Source of the DNA: an uncultured Elusimicrobia bacterium
GTDB lineage: Bacteria; Elusimicrobiota; Elusimicrobia; 2-01-FULL-59-12
Direction of reading: 5' to 3'
Assembly: GCA_963702895.1 (NCBI GenBank)
Contig: OY969767.1
Coordinates: 864,001-928,000, forward strand
Length of the DNA: 64,000 nt
The position numbers and the translations under genes were made by a program. The notes under the pieces are model-generated. The model did not search any database. It saw only the letters and a list, made by a program, of their open reading frames with translations, and was not told the DNA's origin. Shown piece by piece: positions 9,753 through 23,077 of this stretch. Positions within the stretch are counted from its first letter, which is position 1, and each line of letters begins with the position of its first letter.

Positions 9753-12700
9753 GTGCGATTGAAACGCCTTGAGATGGTCGGCTTCAAATCTTTCGCGGAC
9801 AAAACCCGCATGGAGTTTGAACCCGGAATTACCGCGGTCGTGGGCCCCAACGGCTGCGGGAAATCCAATATTTCCGATTCGATTCGCTGGGCGCTCGGTG
9901 AGATGTCTGCCAAATCGCTCCGCAGCCAGCATATGATGGACGTGATTTTTAATGGCACGGCCACCCGGCCGGCTCTGGGGATGTCGGAAGTCTCCCTCAC
10001 GTTCGACAATACCGTACGGCAAATCCCCATCGATTATACGGAAGTCACCATTTCTCGGCGCCTCTTCCGGTCCGGTGAATCCGAATATTTCATCAACAAG
10101 ACGCAGTGCCGATTGAAGGACCTGCGTGATCTCTTTTTAGATACAGGCGTCGGCAACGACGGCTATTACGCCATGGCGCAGGGCAAGATGGAATTTATCC
10201 TCTCCGCCAAGCCTGAAGAGCGCCGTGAACTCTTTGAGGAAGCCGCGGGTGTTTCCAAATACAAGGTGCGCCGCGAAGAGGCGCTCCGCAAGCTCGCCAA
10301 AGTGGAGCAAGACATGCTCCGCTTAAATGACTCCTTGGCGATCTATAAACAACAGATGGACGGCCTTGAAGCGGCCGTGCGCAAGGCCAGGCAGCACCAG
10401 AAGTTGCAGGACGAGCTCAAAAAGCTGGACATCGCCTCACTCCTCCAAAGTTTTCAGAGGGCGAAAGCCGAGTGGGAAACCCTGCGCGCCCGGCAGGAAG
10501 AAGACGCCGCCAGGGTGAACGGATTGCGGGAGGAACTCAAGGCGGAGGAGATGGGCCTGAGCCAAGCGCGAACGCGCGCCGAGCAATTTGAGGAAGAAGT
10601 GATTCAACTGCAGCGGCAGCTTTCCCAGTTCGAGAGCGACTGGGCCAAAGCCGAAGCGGAGAGGGCTTCCGCGCAGGAGCGTGAGAAAGAGCTCACGGAG
10701 TCGCAGAAGCGTTTAGGCCAGGAATCGAAAGAGATCGCGCGGCTCCAGGGAGAATGGCGGGGAACGCACTCCGCGCTCGAGGCGGAAGTATCCGGGGTCC
10801 GTGCCCAATTTCACGAGAAAAACGATGCTTATCGCGCAGAAGAGGAACAAGGTCGTGACGAACAGGGCGCTCTTCTTGGCCTGCAAAAAGAGATGGAGCA
10901 AGCCAAGGCCAGGCTTCTCGAGCTCATGCGGCTGATCAGTCATCATCGCAATGAGGCGGTGCGTCTGAGTTCGCTTGCGGTACGCCATGAGGAGGCCTCG
11001 AAGGCCAAAGACCGTGAGCTTGAAAAAATACGACAGCGGGCCCGTATCGCGCAGGAACAGATCGACGTGCAAGAAAAGCAAGCCAGAGAGGCCGAGGGGA
11101 AATTCAAAGAAGCCGAGCGTGCTTTGGCGGACCTTGAACGGCGGCGTCAGGCGGACCAGAAGGCATGGCTCGAGCTTGAGCGGTCGGTTCAGGACGCTCG
11201 CGAACGCCTGGCGCGCCTTGAAGCAGAAAAAACTTCACTGGAGCGCTGGCTCAGTAAAGACCCGGTCACGATGGCGGCCGCTTCTTTGCGAGCTGCCTCG
11301 CTGCCTGGCCTGCACGGGCCGGTGCGTCTCCTCTTGCGCACGAGCGGTCCCTACGAGCGGCTCCTGAAGCGCGCTCTGGGTGATCGGGCCGACTACTTTG
11401 TGGCGGACACCTTGAACGATGCCCAAGCGGCCATCCGCTATCTCTCGGAGGAGCGCAAAGGCTGGGCGACTTTCTTTGTGCTGGACCGGCTTTCCCTCGA
11501 TGAACATCTGATGGCCCTGAGTGAAACCTCCGGCACGAGGTCGCTCGCCGAAGTGGTGGAATGCGAAGAGCGCTTCCGGCCACTTCTGCGCTTTTTGTTG
11601 GGCCGGACGTTTTATTTGGGGGAGACGCTTTTCGAAGAAGCCCTCTTGCGTGGCGGCGCAGATCCTGTCACGGAAGCCTTCCAAGCAACACCGGCCGATC
11701 TGGCCCGTCTAGAGCAGGAGCTGCAGGGCCTCAGACGATGGCTGGAGACCTCCCTCGCTCAGCGGGAGCTTTTGCAAAAAACCGCGGCGGAGACCGCCGC
11801 CGAGCAAGGGACACTCGCGGACCAAGAAAGAAAGGCCCAGGTCCAAGCGCAAGTCCAGGAGGAAAATCTCGCCCGCCTTCGCGAGGGTCTGGAGCTGACG
11901 CAAACAGAAGAAAGACTTTTGGTCAGAGAAAAGGAAGAGGCGCAATCCGCGATTGTCCATACCCAGGAAACGCTCCAGCATGAAGAGGTCCTTTTGACGA
12001 AGCTCGAAGAGGAGGAGAACTCCCTTCAGCAGTCTTTCCAGACGCAGGACAGCGCTTTGCAGGAGCGAAGGCAGGTCGTTCAGGCCCATCTCGCACAGAT
12101 CTCCCAGCTCCGGCTGGAAGCAGAGACCATGAGGGAGCGCTTGCTGGGCAAAGAGCGGGAAGCAGACAACGCTAAGAGCAGGCTCGATGCCTTTGTGGAC
12201 CGCGCCTCCCAGATCCAGCAGGAGCAGGCCGAAATCCAGACCCGTCTTGGTCATCTCGCCCGGACCCAGAAAGAAAAATCGCAACAGTTGAAGTCCCTTG
12301 GGCAGGCCAAAGAAGTGCAAAGCCAAAAACTTTCGACCTCTCTGGAAGAGCGACAAACCCTGCAAGCGAAGCTCCATGCGCAGGAAGAGCAATTGATCGG
12401 CCGAAGGCAGAGTTTAGAAGAGGCCCAAGCGAAGGCCCAGGAAGCGGAGTTTCAAACCCGGGTTCTCGATCAAGATCGTGCCCGCTTTGAGCAGACCCTT
12501 TTCGAGACCTACCAGCTCAAGATCGAAGACGCGAGCGCGACCCATGGTGAAGTCCAGGTTGACGCGGAGGAACTGGCCCGCATCAAACGGAGGCTTGAAG
12601 CCATGGGCCCCGTGAACCTGGCCGCTCCAGAAGAACATGCGCAGCTCGAAGAACGCTATCAATTCCTGCAAACCCAGCAGCAAGACCTCCTCAAAGCCAA

Positions 12701-13229
12701 AGATGATTTGCATCAGGCCATCGCCAAGATCAACACGACGACTCGCGAACAGTTTAGGTTGACCTTTGAGGAAGTCCGCAAGAACTTCCGCCTTCTTTTT
12801 CAGACGCTCTTTCAGGGCGGGGAAGCTGACGTGGTCTTAACGGATGAGCATAACCTTCTTGAGACGGGCATCGAAATCTATGCACAACCGCCAGGCAAGA
12901 AACTTCAAAACATTACGCTCTTGTCGGGCGGCGAAAGAGCGCTCACGGCGATCGCAGTCCTGTTTGCGTTTTTTATGGTGAAGCCCAGCCCCTTCTGTAT
13001 TCTGGACGAAGTCGATGCGCCTTTGGATGAGGCCAACGTCGGACGTTTCATTCGTTTGGTGAAAGAGTTCTCACAGAAAACGCAATTCATTATCATCACG
13101 CACAACAAAAGCACAATGGAGCTGGCGGACGTCCTCCATGGCGTGACCATGGCCCAGCTTGGTGTCTCAAGCCTCATTTCGATGAAGCTCGCCTCTGCTC
13201 CCCCTGCCCCTGAGCCCGTGGCGGCCTAG
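9753..13229 (+). CDS. smc: Chromosome segregation protein SMC
   Basis: GFKSF, GPNGCGKSNI Walker A, long coiled coils, hinge, LSGGE signature, ILDEVDAPLD. Confidence 0.96.
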   Translation: MRLKRLEMVGFKSFADKTRMEFEPGITAVVGPNGCGKSNISDSIRWALGEMSAKSLRSQHMMDVIFNGTATRPALGMSEVSLTFDNTVRQIPIDYTEVTISRRLFRSGESEYFINKTQCRLKDLRDLFLDTGVGNDGYYAMAQGKMEFILSAKPEERRELFEEAAGVSKYKVRREEALRKLAKVEQDMLRLNDSLAIYKQQMDGLEAAVRKARQHQKLQDELKKLDIASLLQSFQRAKAEWETLRARQEEDAARVNGLREELKAEEMGLSQARTRAEQFEEEVIQLQRQLSQFESDWAKAEAERASAQEREKELTESQKRLGQESKEIARLQGEWRGTHSALEAEVSGVRAQFHEKNDAYRAEEEQGRDEQGALLGLQKEMEQAKARLLELMRLISHHRNEAVRLSSLAVRHEEASKAKDRELEKIRQRARIAQEQIDVQEKQAREAEGKFKEAERALADLERRRQADQKAWLELERSVQDARERLARLEAEKTSLERWLSKDPVTMAAASLRAASLPGLHGPVRLLLRTSGPYERLLKRALGDRADYFVADTLNDAQAAIRYLSEERKGWATFFVLDRLSLDEHLMALSETSGTRSLAEVVECEERFRPLLRFLLGRTFYLGETLFEEALLRGGADPVTEAFQATPADLARLEQELQGLRRWLETSLAQRELLQKTAAETAAEQGTLADQERKAQVQAQVQEENLARLREGLELTQTEERLLVREKEEAQSAIVHTQETLQHEEVLLTKLEEEENSLQQSFQTQDSALQERRQVVQAHLAQISQLRLEAETMRERLLGKEREADNAKSRLDAFVDRASQIQQEQAEIQTRLGHLARTQKEKSQQLKSLGQAKEVQSQKLSTSLEERQTLQAKLHAQEEQLIGRRQSLEEAQAKAQEAEFQTRVLDQDRARFEQTLFETYQLKIEDASATHGEVQVDAEELARIKRRLEAMGPVNLAAPEEHAQLEERYQFLQTQQQDLLKAKDDLHQAIAKINTTTREQFRLTFEEVRKNFRLLFQTLFQGGEADVVLTDEHNLLETGIEIYAQPPGKKLQNITLLSGGERALTAIAVLFAFFMVKPSPFCILDEVDAPLDEANVGRFIRLVKEFSQKTQFIIITHNKSTMELADVLHGVTMAQLGVSSLISMKLASAPPAPEPVAA

Positions 13230-13236
13230 CCTTTCC

Positions 13237-14004
13237 ATGGGGCCTGGCCCTTCCTCTCGACTCCAAATCCTGGGCAGCCGGGTCGATTTTATTACGCTCG
13301 ATCAGGCCCTCGAGGCAATCGACCGCTACGTCCAGTCCGGCCGTCCCCATCACATCATTACCGGTAATACCCTCATGATGCTCGAGGCGCAAAAAGATCC
13401 GGAACTCCGGCGAATCCTCGAAAAGGCCTCCCTCGTGGTCCCAGAGTCTTCGGGGGTTTTGTGGGCTTGCCGCGTGATGGGGGTGCCTCTCGAGGATTTC
13501 ACACCGGGCATCGATCTCCTGCTGGCGATTTGCCGGATCGCGCAGCAGAGGGGCTATCCTGTGTATCTTCTGGGCTCATCGCAGGACGTCGTGCACGGAG
13601 CAGGCGAAGAACTGCTGCGTCTCTATCCTGGGCTCAACATGGCGGGGACGCACCACGGTTTCTTTTCTGAAGAGGAAGTGCCTTCTCTTCTCGAGGCCCT
13701 CCACCAGGCCCGGCCTGCGCTGCTCTTTGTGGGCATGGGAATGCCCCTGCAGGAAAAGTGGATCGCGCGGCATCTTACGTCCCTGGGCGTGCCCGTGGTG
13801 ATGGGTGTCGGCGGAAGTTTTGATGTCCTTTCCGGGAAACTCTGGCGCGCGCCGTCCGTCGTGCGCCGGGCCGGCATGGAGTGGCTCTTTCGGCTCGCCC
13901 AGGAGCCTTGGCGCTGGCGTCGGATTGCCCGACTTCCTGTCTTTGCCTGGAAAGTCATACGGGAACGTCAACGTCCCCACATATCCTTTCATCCGCAAGG
14001 ATAG
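13237..14004 (+). CDS. WecB/TagA/CpsF family glycosyltransferase
   Basis: HHGFF, VGMGMPLQEKWI, GVGGSFDV, EWLFRLAQEPWRWRR. Confidence 0.9.
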   Translation: MGPGPSSRLQILGSRVDFITLDQALEAIDRYVQSGRPHHIITGNTLMMLEAQKDPELRRILEKASLVVPESSGVLWACRVMGVPLEDFTPGIDLLLAICRIAQQRGYPVYLLGSSQDVVHGAGEELLRLYPGLNMAGTHHGFFSEEEVPSLLEALHQARPALLFVGMGMPLQEKWIARHLTSLGVPVVMGVGGSFDVLSGKLWRAPSVVRRAGMEWLFRLAQEPWRWRRIARLPVFAWKVIRERQRPHISFHPQG

Positions 14005-14008
14005 TGGC

Positions 14009-14535
14009 ATGCAACACGATACGCTCAAACGTTCCACCACGCTGGGCGTTGAGCTTGGTTCTTCCGCCAAGATCGTCCGGCAAGCTTATCTTGATCTCCT
14101 GTCGAGGTGGGATCCCGAAACACACGTCTGATCCCTCCTAACCCCCGAAACTGCAGTTGTCGTCACCCCGGCACGTCGTAAGCCGGGGTCTATCACCGTC
14201 GACAAAAGTCTGATGGATCCCCCACTTACGACCGTGGGGGATGACGGCACAAAAAAGTCTCGACATCTCAGTCGATAAAGAACGTTTAACAGAACTTTTT
14301 CGGCTAATACAAGCCACGGTTTACGCGCGATTTTGGAGAGCTTTCTGTCAAGCCAAAATCTGAAGTGAGTGGGCTGGTGGTGGGGATTTTCGCGGCGCTG
14401 GCCATCCTTTCGGTGATTGCTTTTTCGGTGCGCCTCTTTAAATTGGGGAAATCTGTGACGCCCCCCGCCAGCCCAGGCGGTTGCGGAGGGAGAATCGTTT
14501 TCCTGCGCAGGTTTTTCGGTCCACCTGTCGTATAA
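14009..14535 (+). pseudogene. Possible J-domain plus transmembrane protein remnant interrupted by MITE copy B
   Basis: LGVELGSSAKIVRQAYLDLLSRWDPE resembles a DnaJ-domain start; after the MITE, an open frame encodes a hydrophobic helix (GLVVGIFAALAILSVIAFSV). Confidence 0.4.
14142..14303 (+). mobile_element. MITE-like element copy B
   Basis: CTAA at 14138-14141 and 14304-14307; highly similar to 27955-28115 over its length. Confidence 0.75.
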
Positions 14536-14536
14536 T
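14531..14536 (+). promoter_or_regulatory. -10 box TATAAT for a probably leaderless ribD transcript
   Basis: Perfect TATAAT 7 nt before ATG 14544; no SD. Confidence 0.55.
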
Positions 14537-14543
14537 AACCACC

Positions 14544-15509
14544 ATGTCTATCGACGAGAAATGGATGCGCCGGGCCCTGCTGCTCGCTCGTCAGGGCGCG
14601 GGGCACGTCCACCCCAACCCCATGGTGGGGGCTGTGCTCGTTCGCGCCGGCCAACGGGTCGGGGAAGGCTGCCATCGGCGTTACGGTGGCCCTCATGCGG
14701 AGGCCGAGGCCCTTCGTCGTGCCGGAGCGCGCGCCGGAGGGAGTACGCTCTATGTGACGCTCGAGCCCTGCTCGCACTGGGGGAAAACGCCTCCTTGCGC
14801 CGAAGCCGTTGTCCGCGCGGGGATTCGGCGCGTGGTCGCCGCCATGCGTGATCCCCATCCTCTGGTTGCCGGCAAAGGGTTGCGCTTTCTGCGTTCCCGC
14901 GGCATTCGTGTCAGCACCGGCCTTCTTCGCCGGGAAGCGGAGCACCTGAACCGGGCATACCTCGTTCGGGTCAAAGAGGGCAGGCCCTATGTCACACTCA
15001 AGATCGCCAGTTCCCTGGATGGGCGAATGGCCACGGTGACGGGGCAGTCCCGGTGGATCACAAGCCCCGCCTCCCGGCGCGCGGGGCACAGACTGCGCGC
15101 CAGGGTGGACGCGATTGCCGTTGGCGCGGGCACCGTTTTGATGGATGATCCTGAGCTCACGACGCACGGCCTGGGCCGCAACCCTGTCCGCATCGTCTTT
15201 TCAGGACGAAGAAGGCTCCCCGGACGTCTGAAAATATTTAATCAGGCTGCCCCGACCTGGAGGATGGAGCAGGTGACGGGCAAAGCAGGACTCACCCGAG
15301 CCATGCGGGACCTTGCCGCCAGAGGAATCACGCATCTTCTGGTGGAAGGCGGCGCGAAGCTCCAACGCTCCTTTCTGGAGGCGGGTCTGGTCGATGAGGT
15401 GGTCTGTTTTATCGCCCCCCTGATCATCGGCCCGGCCAGACGACTGCGGGACGCGCTCCGCATCAAGGGTATGAACGATCACTGTTTGCAAGGGGAGGTG
15501 AAGCGCTAG
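14544..15509 (+). CDS. ribD: Riboflavin biosynthesis deaminase/reductase
   Basis: PNPMVGAV, HAE, TLEPCSHWGKTPPC, LLVEGG. Confidence 0.95.
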   Translation: MSIDEKWMRRALLLARQGAGHVHPNPMVGAVLVRAGQRVGEGCHRRYGGPHAEAEALRRAGARAGGSTLYVTLEPCSHWGKTPPCAEAVVRAGIRRVVAAMRDPHPLVAGKGLRFLRSRGIRVSTGLLRREAEHLNRAYLVRVKEGRPYVTLKIASSLDGRMATVTGQSRWITSPASRRAGHRLRARVDAIAVGAGTVLMDDPELTTHGLGRNPVRIVFSGRRRLPGRLKIFNQAAPTWRMEQVTGKAGLTRAMRDLAARGITHLLVEGGAKLQRSFLEAGLVDEVVCFIAPLIIGPARRLRDALRIKGMNDHCLQGEVKR

Positions 15510-16120
15510 TGTTTACAGGTCTCATTCAGGCCATTGGTAAAGTGATAAAATACGACGGAAATCGGTTGTGGCTCGCTGTTCCCTTCCGAAATCTCCGTGT
15601 GGGTGAAAGCATTGCGGTCGATGGCGTTTGTCTGACCATCGCCGCAAGAAAGAAATCAAACTTTGCCTTTGATCTTGGCAAAGAGACGCAGCGGATTACG
15701 ACACTGGGGTCCTTGAAAGCAGGGGACCGGATGAACCTCGAGCGCGCGCTGCGTGTCGGGGACCGGCTGGGCGGGCATTGGGTGAGCGGTCACGTGGAGC
15801 AAACCGGGAAGATTCTTCGAGTGCGGCGCGGGCGGCAAAACTGGTGGTTCACATTTCGTGTTCCCGCCAAGATCCGGCGCTACATGATCACCAAGGGCAG
15901 TGTCGCGATCGATGGGATTAGCCTCACGATTGCACGCCTTCGGGGAGACGCGATCAACATCATGATTATTCCGCATACGCTCACGCATACAACCCTCGGG
16001 AGAAAGAAGGCCGGAGACTCTGTGAATATCGAACCTGACCTTCTCGCGAAATACGTCCTGGGCGAATCGGTGATGCGCCGACTCGCCGGTTCCCCGTCTC
16101 GCCGGTCCGGGGGGGCATGA
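15509..16120 (+). CDS. ribE: Riboflavin synthase (alpha)
   Basis: MFTGLI start, [19 protein letters not shown]. Confidence 0.95.
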   Translation: MFTGLIQAIGKVIKYDGNRLWLAVPFRNLRVGESIAVDGVCLTIAARKKSNFAFDLGKETQRITTLGSLKAGDRMNLERALRVGDRLGGHWVSGHVEQTGKILRVRRGRQNWWFTFRVPAKIRRYMITKGSVAIDGISLTIARLRGDAINIMIIPHTLTHTTLGRKKAGDSVNIEPDLLAKYVLGESVMRRLAGSPSRRSGGA

Positions 16121-17331
16121 TGTCCTTCGCGAGCATTCCAGAAGCCGTACGCGATATCAAACACGGGAAACTCGTGATTGTGGTCGATGATCCGGACCGC
16201 GAAAACGAGGGCGACCTGATTTGCGCGGCCTCCAAAGTGACCCCGGAGCTCATCAACTTTATGGCCAAGTACGGCCGGGGCCTCATCTGCCTGCCTGTCC
16301 TGGGAAAGCAGCTCGACAAACTCCATGTCGCGCCCATGGTGGAAAACAATCAGGAAGTGCGTGACGCCGCCTTCACGGTCTCGGTGGACGCGAAAAAATG
16401 CGTGACGACGGGGGTCTCCGCGGCGGACCGCGCGCGCACCATCCGAACGCTGATTCATCCCCGGACGCGCCCGGCGGACCTCGCGCGTCCCGGGCATATC
16501 TTTCCGCTCCGCTACCGGGAAGGAGGGGTCCTGGTGCGCGCCGGACATACGGAAGCGGCGGTGGATCTCGCCAAAATGGCGGGGCTCTATCCCGCCGGCG
16601 TCATCTGTGAAATCATGAATGAGGACGGCACGATGGCGCGGATGCCCGAGCTCAAGCGCTTCGCGCTCAGGCACCGCCTGAACATGATCACGATTTCCGC
16701 ACTCATTGAGTACCGGCGCCGCCATGAGCGGCTCGTTCAGCGGTCCGTGAGCGCGCGTCTTCCCACCCGGTTCGGGAAATTTGCCTTGCACCTTTATGAG
16801 GACGCCCTGAACCGTGAGCATCACCTCGCCATCGTCTGCGGGGACGTCGCGGGCAAAAAGGACGTGCTCGTGCGCGTCCACTCCTCCTGCTTCACAGGAG
16901 ACACGCTGTGTTCCCTGCGATGCGATTGTGGAGAACAGCTTCATAAGGCCCTGGAACGCATCGGCCAGGAAGGCCGCGGGGTCGTCCTGTATATGCACCA
17001 GGAAGGCCGCGGGATTGGCCTGGAAAACAAGCTTCGCGCCTACGCCCTTCAGGACCAGGGCATGGATACCGTGGAAGCCAACGCCGCTCTCGGATTCAAA
17101 CCGGACCTTCGCCATTACGGAATCGGCGCACAGATCCTGGTGGATCTGGGTTTAAGCTCGATCCGCCTCATGACCAACAATCCCAGGAAAATCGTGGGCA
17201 TTGAGGGCTACGGGCTTAAGGTCAGCCGGCGAGTGCCGCTGGAGATCCCTCCCAACCAGGCGAACCAGGGGTATCTGAAAACAAAAAAAGATAAACTAGG
17301 ACACATCCTGGAACAACTCTCGATTCCATAA
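16117..17331 (+). CDS. ribBA: DHBP synthase / GTP cyclohydrolase II
   Basis: [22 protein letters not shown]...[17 protein letters not shown]. Confidence 0.96.
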   Translation: MMSFASIPEAVRDIKHGKLVIVVDDPDRENEGDLICAASKVTPELINFMAKYGRGLICLPVLGKQLDKLHVAPMVENNQEVRDAAFTVSVDAKKCVTTGVSAADRARTIRTLIHPRTRPADLARPGHIFPLRYREGGVLVRAGHTEAAVDLAKMAGLYPAGVICEIMNEDGTMARMPELKRFALRHRLNMITISALIEYRRRHERLVQRSVSARLPTRFGKFALHLYEDALNREHHLAIVCGDVAGKKDVLVRVHSSCFTGDTLCSLRCDCGEQLHKALERIGQEGRGVVLYMHQEGRGIGLENKLRAYALQDQGMDTVEANAALGFKPDLRHYGIGAQILVDLGLSSIRLMTNNPRKIVGIEGYGLKVSRRVPLEIPPNQANQGYLKTKKDKLGHILEQLSIP

Positions 17332-17832
17332 TGGTCTCCACGAAATCGAAAACACCACTTTCCAAAGACGCCGCCAAGGGCAAGCGTTTTGCCCTGGTGG
17401 TGTCCCGTTATCATGAGGAACTCACGCGGGAGCTCCAGGAGGGCGCGGTCCGCTCCCTGGCGGCCCTGGGCGCCAGCGCCGACGACATCGTGACCTACTG
17501 GACGCCCGGCGCCTTTGAGATCCCCACAGCCGCTCGCGCGGTGAGCCAGCATCAGAGCGTCGACGCCATCATCTGTCTCGGTGTGATCCTGAAGGGTGAG
17601 ACGCCTCATAACGAGATTCTCGCGCGTGAAGTCGCCCGGGGGATCAGTCAGATTCATGCGGCGACAGGCATCCCAGTGACCTTCGGTGTTTTGACCCCCA
17701 ACACGCTCGAGCAAGCCAAAGCCCGTTGCGGGGGGGACAAAGGAAACAAGGGCGCTGAGGCGGCGGAAGCCGCCGTCGCGATGGTCCAACTTTTGGCGGA
17801 GATCAAAGAAGGGGCGAAGAAGCAGGGACACA

Positions 17833-17846
<14 letters not shown>
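17331..17846 (+). CDS. ribH: 6,7-dimethyl-8-ribityllumazine synthase
   Basis: PGAFEIP, LGVILKGETPH, GNKGAEAA. Confidence 0.95.
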
Positions 17847-20254
<2,408 letters not shown>

Positions 20255-20282
20255 CGGGCTGCCGAAAAACCTTTGTAAGGAC

Positions 20283-20329
20283 GTCATTGCGAGGAGTCGC
20301 CAGACTTCTGGCGGGGACGAAGCAATCTC
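20283..20329. repeat. Palindromic repeat of the GTCATTGCGAG...GAAGCAATCTC type with an internal CGCCAGA-CT-TCTGGCG hairpin
   Basis: Recognisable dispersed bacterial palindrome just downstream of the ligA stop. Confidence 0.65.
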
Positions 20330-20677
20330 GCTAACTACCTGCCGGACCTGAGCACCGACAGGTTGCTTGAGGCGACTGGAGGTGCAGTCCCTGCACCCGC
20401 AGGGAGACAGGGACGTGCTTTAAGAATGCTTGGAAGCACAAGTTTCTCATTTCCAACGACAGATGAAATCTAGCGGGGCTAAGTCCGATTCCCCATGGAC
20501 AAGCAGTGTTGGCCCGGAGCTAAATATCAAACAACGAGCTGTTTTCACGATCTGTTTATCGTGTAGTGAGGGAGACCCAGCGATGTTGGGTCTTGCGTAG
20601 GCGATATATCAATGATATCAATATGCTAGCATGTGATCTGGCGGAAATTGATAACGATGATATGAACGGAGGCGGCC

Positions 20678-21550
20678 ATGTCCAGAGAAATAACGCGAAC
20701 GGTAACAAGTGGGTGGAATATGTTGTTCATAACGATCCTGCTCTTTGGAGGAGGCGTCAGCTGTTTAATCGTAACAACAGTGGTCCCGCAATGGACCGTA
20801 TTATTGATCCTGGTGGGATTGTTCCTTCTCCTGGGTGGATGGTTTATGTGCACCGGTTATTTCACGCTTCAGCCGAACGAAGCAGGGGTCATGCTGCTTT
20901 TCGGTGAATACAAAGGTACGGCCCGTGGAGAAGGTTTCGGGTGGGCCAATCCACTATACACGGTCAGGAAGATTTCGCTCCGTGCCCGTAATTTCAACGG
21001 AGAAAAGCTGAAGGTGAATGATAAGGCCGGTAATCCGATCGAGATCGCGGCGGTTGTTGTATGGCATGTGAAGGATACCGCCAGAGCTGTGTTTGATGTC
21101 GATAGCTATACGGACTACGTTGCGATTCAAAGCGAGACGGCTGTGCGTCACCTGGCAAGTTCCTATGCCTACGATAACACGGAGAACGAGGTTTCCCTGC
21201 GGGGGGGTCTAAACGAAGTCACAGAGACGCTCCGGAAAGAATTGCAACAGCGTTTCGATATGGCCGGTGTTCAAGTCGATGAAGCGCGTTTAACACACCT
21301 TGCCTATGCGCCCGAGATCGCCCAGGCGATGCTGCGTCGTCAGCAGGCAGAAGCGGTCATAGCGGCCCGTGAAAAGATTGTGCACGGAGCCGTCAGCATG
21401 GTGGATATGGCGCTTAAGGAACTCGCGACAAAACAAGTGCTTCATTTAGACGAAGAACGTAAGGCCGCGATGGTCAGCAACTTACTGGTGGTCCTTTGCG
21501 CGGAATCAGAAGCACAGCCGGTCATCAATACGGGGACGCTGTACACGTAA
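20678..21550 (+). CDS. SPFH (band 7/stomatin-like) domain membrane protein
   Basis: Two N-terminal TM helices; [42 protein letters not shown]. Confidence 0.9.
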   Translation: MSREITRTVTSGWNMLFITILLFGGGVSCLIVTTVVPQWTVLLILVGLFLLLGGWFMCTGYFTLQPNEAGVMLLFGEYKGTARGEGFGWANPLYTVRKISLRARNFNGEKLKVNDKAGNPIEIAAVVVWHVKDTARAVFDVDSYTDYVAIQSETAVRHLASSYAYDNTENEVSLRGGLNEVTETLRKELQQRFDMAGVQVDEARLTHLAYAPEIAQAMLRRQQAEAVIAAREKIVHGAVSMVDMALKELATKQVLHLDEERKAAMVSNLLVVLCAESEAQPVINTGTLYT

Positions 21551-21581
21551 CGTTCGCAAGAATGGAACCGTGGGGGGGCTG

Positions 21582-21779
21582 ATGGCTGAACGTAAACCAT
21601 TTCTGCTGCGTGTCGATGAGGAGTTATGGAAAGAGCTCTGCTCCTGGGCTGAGCAGGAACTTCGCAGCGCCAACGGCCAGATCGAATGGATCTTGCGCGA
21701 AGCGGTGAAACAGCGAAAAAAGAGCGGCGCGACAAATGTCTCGACAGGGAAGTCAAAGGCGGATTACAAGGCAGCCTGA
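21582..21779 (+). CDS. Arc/ribbon-helix-helix DNA-binding protein
   Basis: ERKPFLLRVD...WAEQELRSANGQIEWILREAV; typical partner of this SPFH family. Confidence 0.85.
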   Translation: MAERKPFLLRVDEELWKELCSWAEQELRSANGQIEWILREAVKQRKKSGATNVSTGKSKADYKAA

Positions 21780-21787
21780 CCGGGCTG

Positions 21788-22609
21788 ATGGAGATGGATG
21801 TGGATCACCTCACTGAATGGCAACGGCAAGAATTCATGAGTCGGAAACGGAAGGCGCTCCTTGCTTTCATTCCCGTCTTTCTAATACTCCCCCTAGGGTC
21901 AGTGATTGTGGTCATTCGTCCTAAATTCATTCCAGACTTACAAATGTTAGGCCTGTGGATTTGTATTGCGTTTTTCCTGAGCGGTATTTGGACGGCACTT
22001 TCGTACAAGAGGTTGCTGAAGTGCCCCGCCTGTGGGAATCGTTTGCCAAGCCTGAATGAAGAGTCCTGCCCTTCTTGTCAAATCTGGTTTCGTTCACGAA
22101 CGGAGTTTCGCTCGATCAGATCTGCTGATCGGAGCAACATAAAACCGTGGAAGCCCGAACCTGAACTTCGAGGACCACCTCCCCGCAAACTTCAAAAGAA
22201 AGGCTTCTCAACTCTTTGGGTGATAGTCTTCGTTATCAGTTCCTTGGTTTTCGGATTCTGGGTCTATTCCGGTTCGTCTCCCTTTCATCTTCAAATCGAA
22301 GCCTTTGTATATGTCAGCATGGGTCCTTTCCTATTGATCATCAATTTCCTTGTATCGCAAAAAGTGCGCCGTATTATGATTCGAGGGAAAGTTGTTCCTG
22401 CGACTGTATATAGAATCGTAAGAAAAACAGGTTTCAACAGAGCTTACCTAACCTATGAGTCCGATGGATGCGTTTTCAAGGTTGAGTGTCCGATGGACCC
22501 CAAGTCACTCCTAACGGCAGGAGAGGTTGTGAGCATTCTTGTTGATCCAAGCAACCCCCAATTCGCGATTATCTACGGCGAAGCGCCTTATAGAGTCGTT
22601 TGTGTGTGA
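21788..22609 (+). CDS. Hypothetical membrane protein with a zinc ribbon and a DUF3592-like C-terminus
   Basis: About 4 TM segments, CPAC...CPSC, GEVVSILVDPSNP; lower GC than the core genes. Confidence 0.6.
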   Translation: MEMDVDHLTEWQRQEFMSRKRKALLAFIPVFLILPLGSVIVVIRPKFIPDLQMLGLWICIAFFLSGIWTALSYKRLLKCPACGNRLPSLNEESCPSCQIWFRSRTEFRSIRSADRSNIKPWKPEPELRGPPPRKLQKKGFSTLWVIVFVISSLVFGFWVYSGSSPFHLQIEAFVYVSMGPFLLIINFLVSQKVRRIMIRGKVVPATVYRIVRKTGFNRAYLTYESDGCVFKVECPMDPKSLLTAGEVVSILVDPSNPQFAIIYGEAPYRVVCV

Positions 22610-23077
22610 GCGGAATGCAGAAAGCGTTTTGGGTCAATCGGCGAATCGGAAATATTAAAAATATCTCATGCCTTCATTTTGCAAAGGGATCTTCGATGTA
22701 TGGTCCTGGATGCTGCGCGTCAACGATTCCTTAGTGACTCTCGTTCTGTAAAGGGATCGTCCTCGAATCGACATGATGATTCTCTGGAGCATCGTTGCCG
22801 TGACGTTGATTCTTCTCGGACTCGCAGGAACGCTTCCCGAAAGATTTTGCATTCCAGCTGACCCTCACCGAAGCCTCTCGTTTGGTATCACAATGTGTGA
22901 TACCTTCTAAGCGGCAACCGGGAGGGTCACTTCCTGATGAGTTCACGGGAAGTGGATCTCAGCTGTCCCTGTCCAAACCGCGTTCCAGATAGATATTCTT
23001 GCTTTCTCCTGATGAGCGAAGTACGATTCCGCCTGTCTCACCCGTCGTCATCTTGACTCAACATCAAGGAGGCTCCT

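Noticed and set aside
14300..14543. FMN riboswitch before ribD
   Set aside because: No RFN consensus was seen, and a -10 box directly precedes the ATG.
22610..23000. Gene fragment with a hydrophobic stretch (MMILWSIVAVTLILLGLAG)
   Set aside because: Short and interrupted, with no recognisable family.
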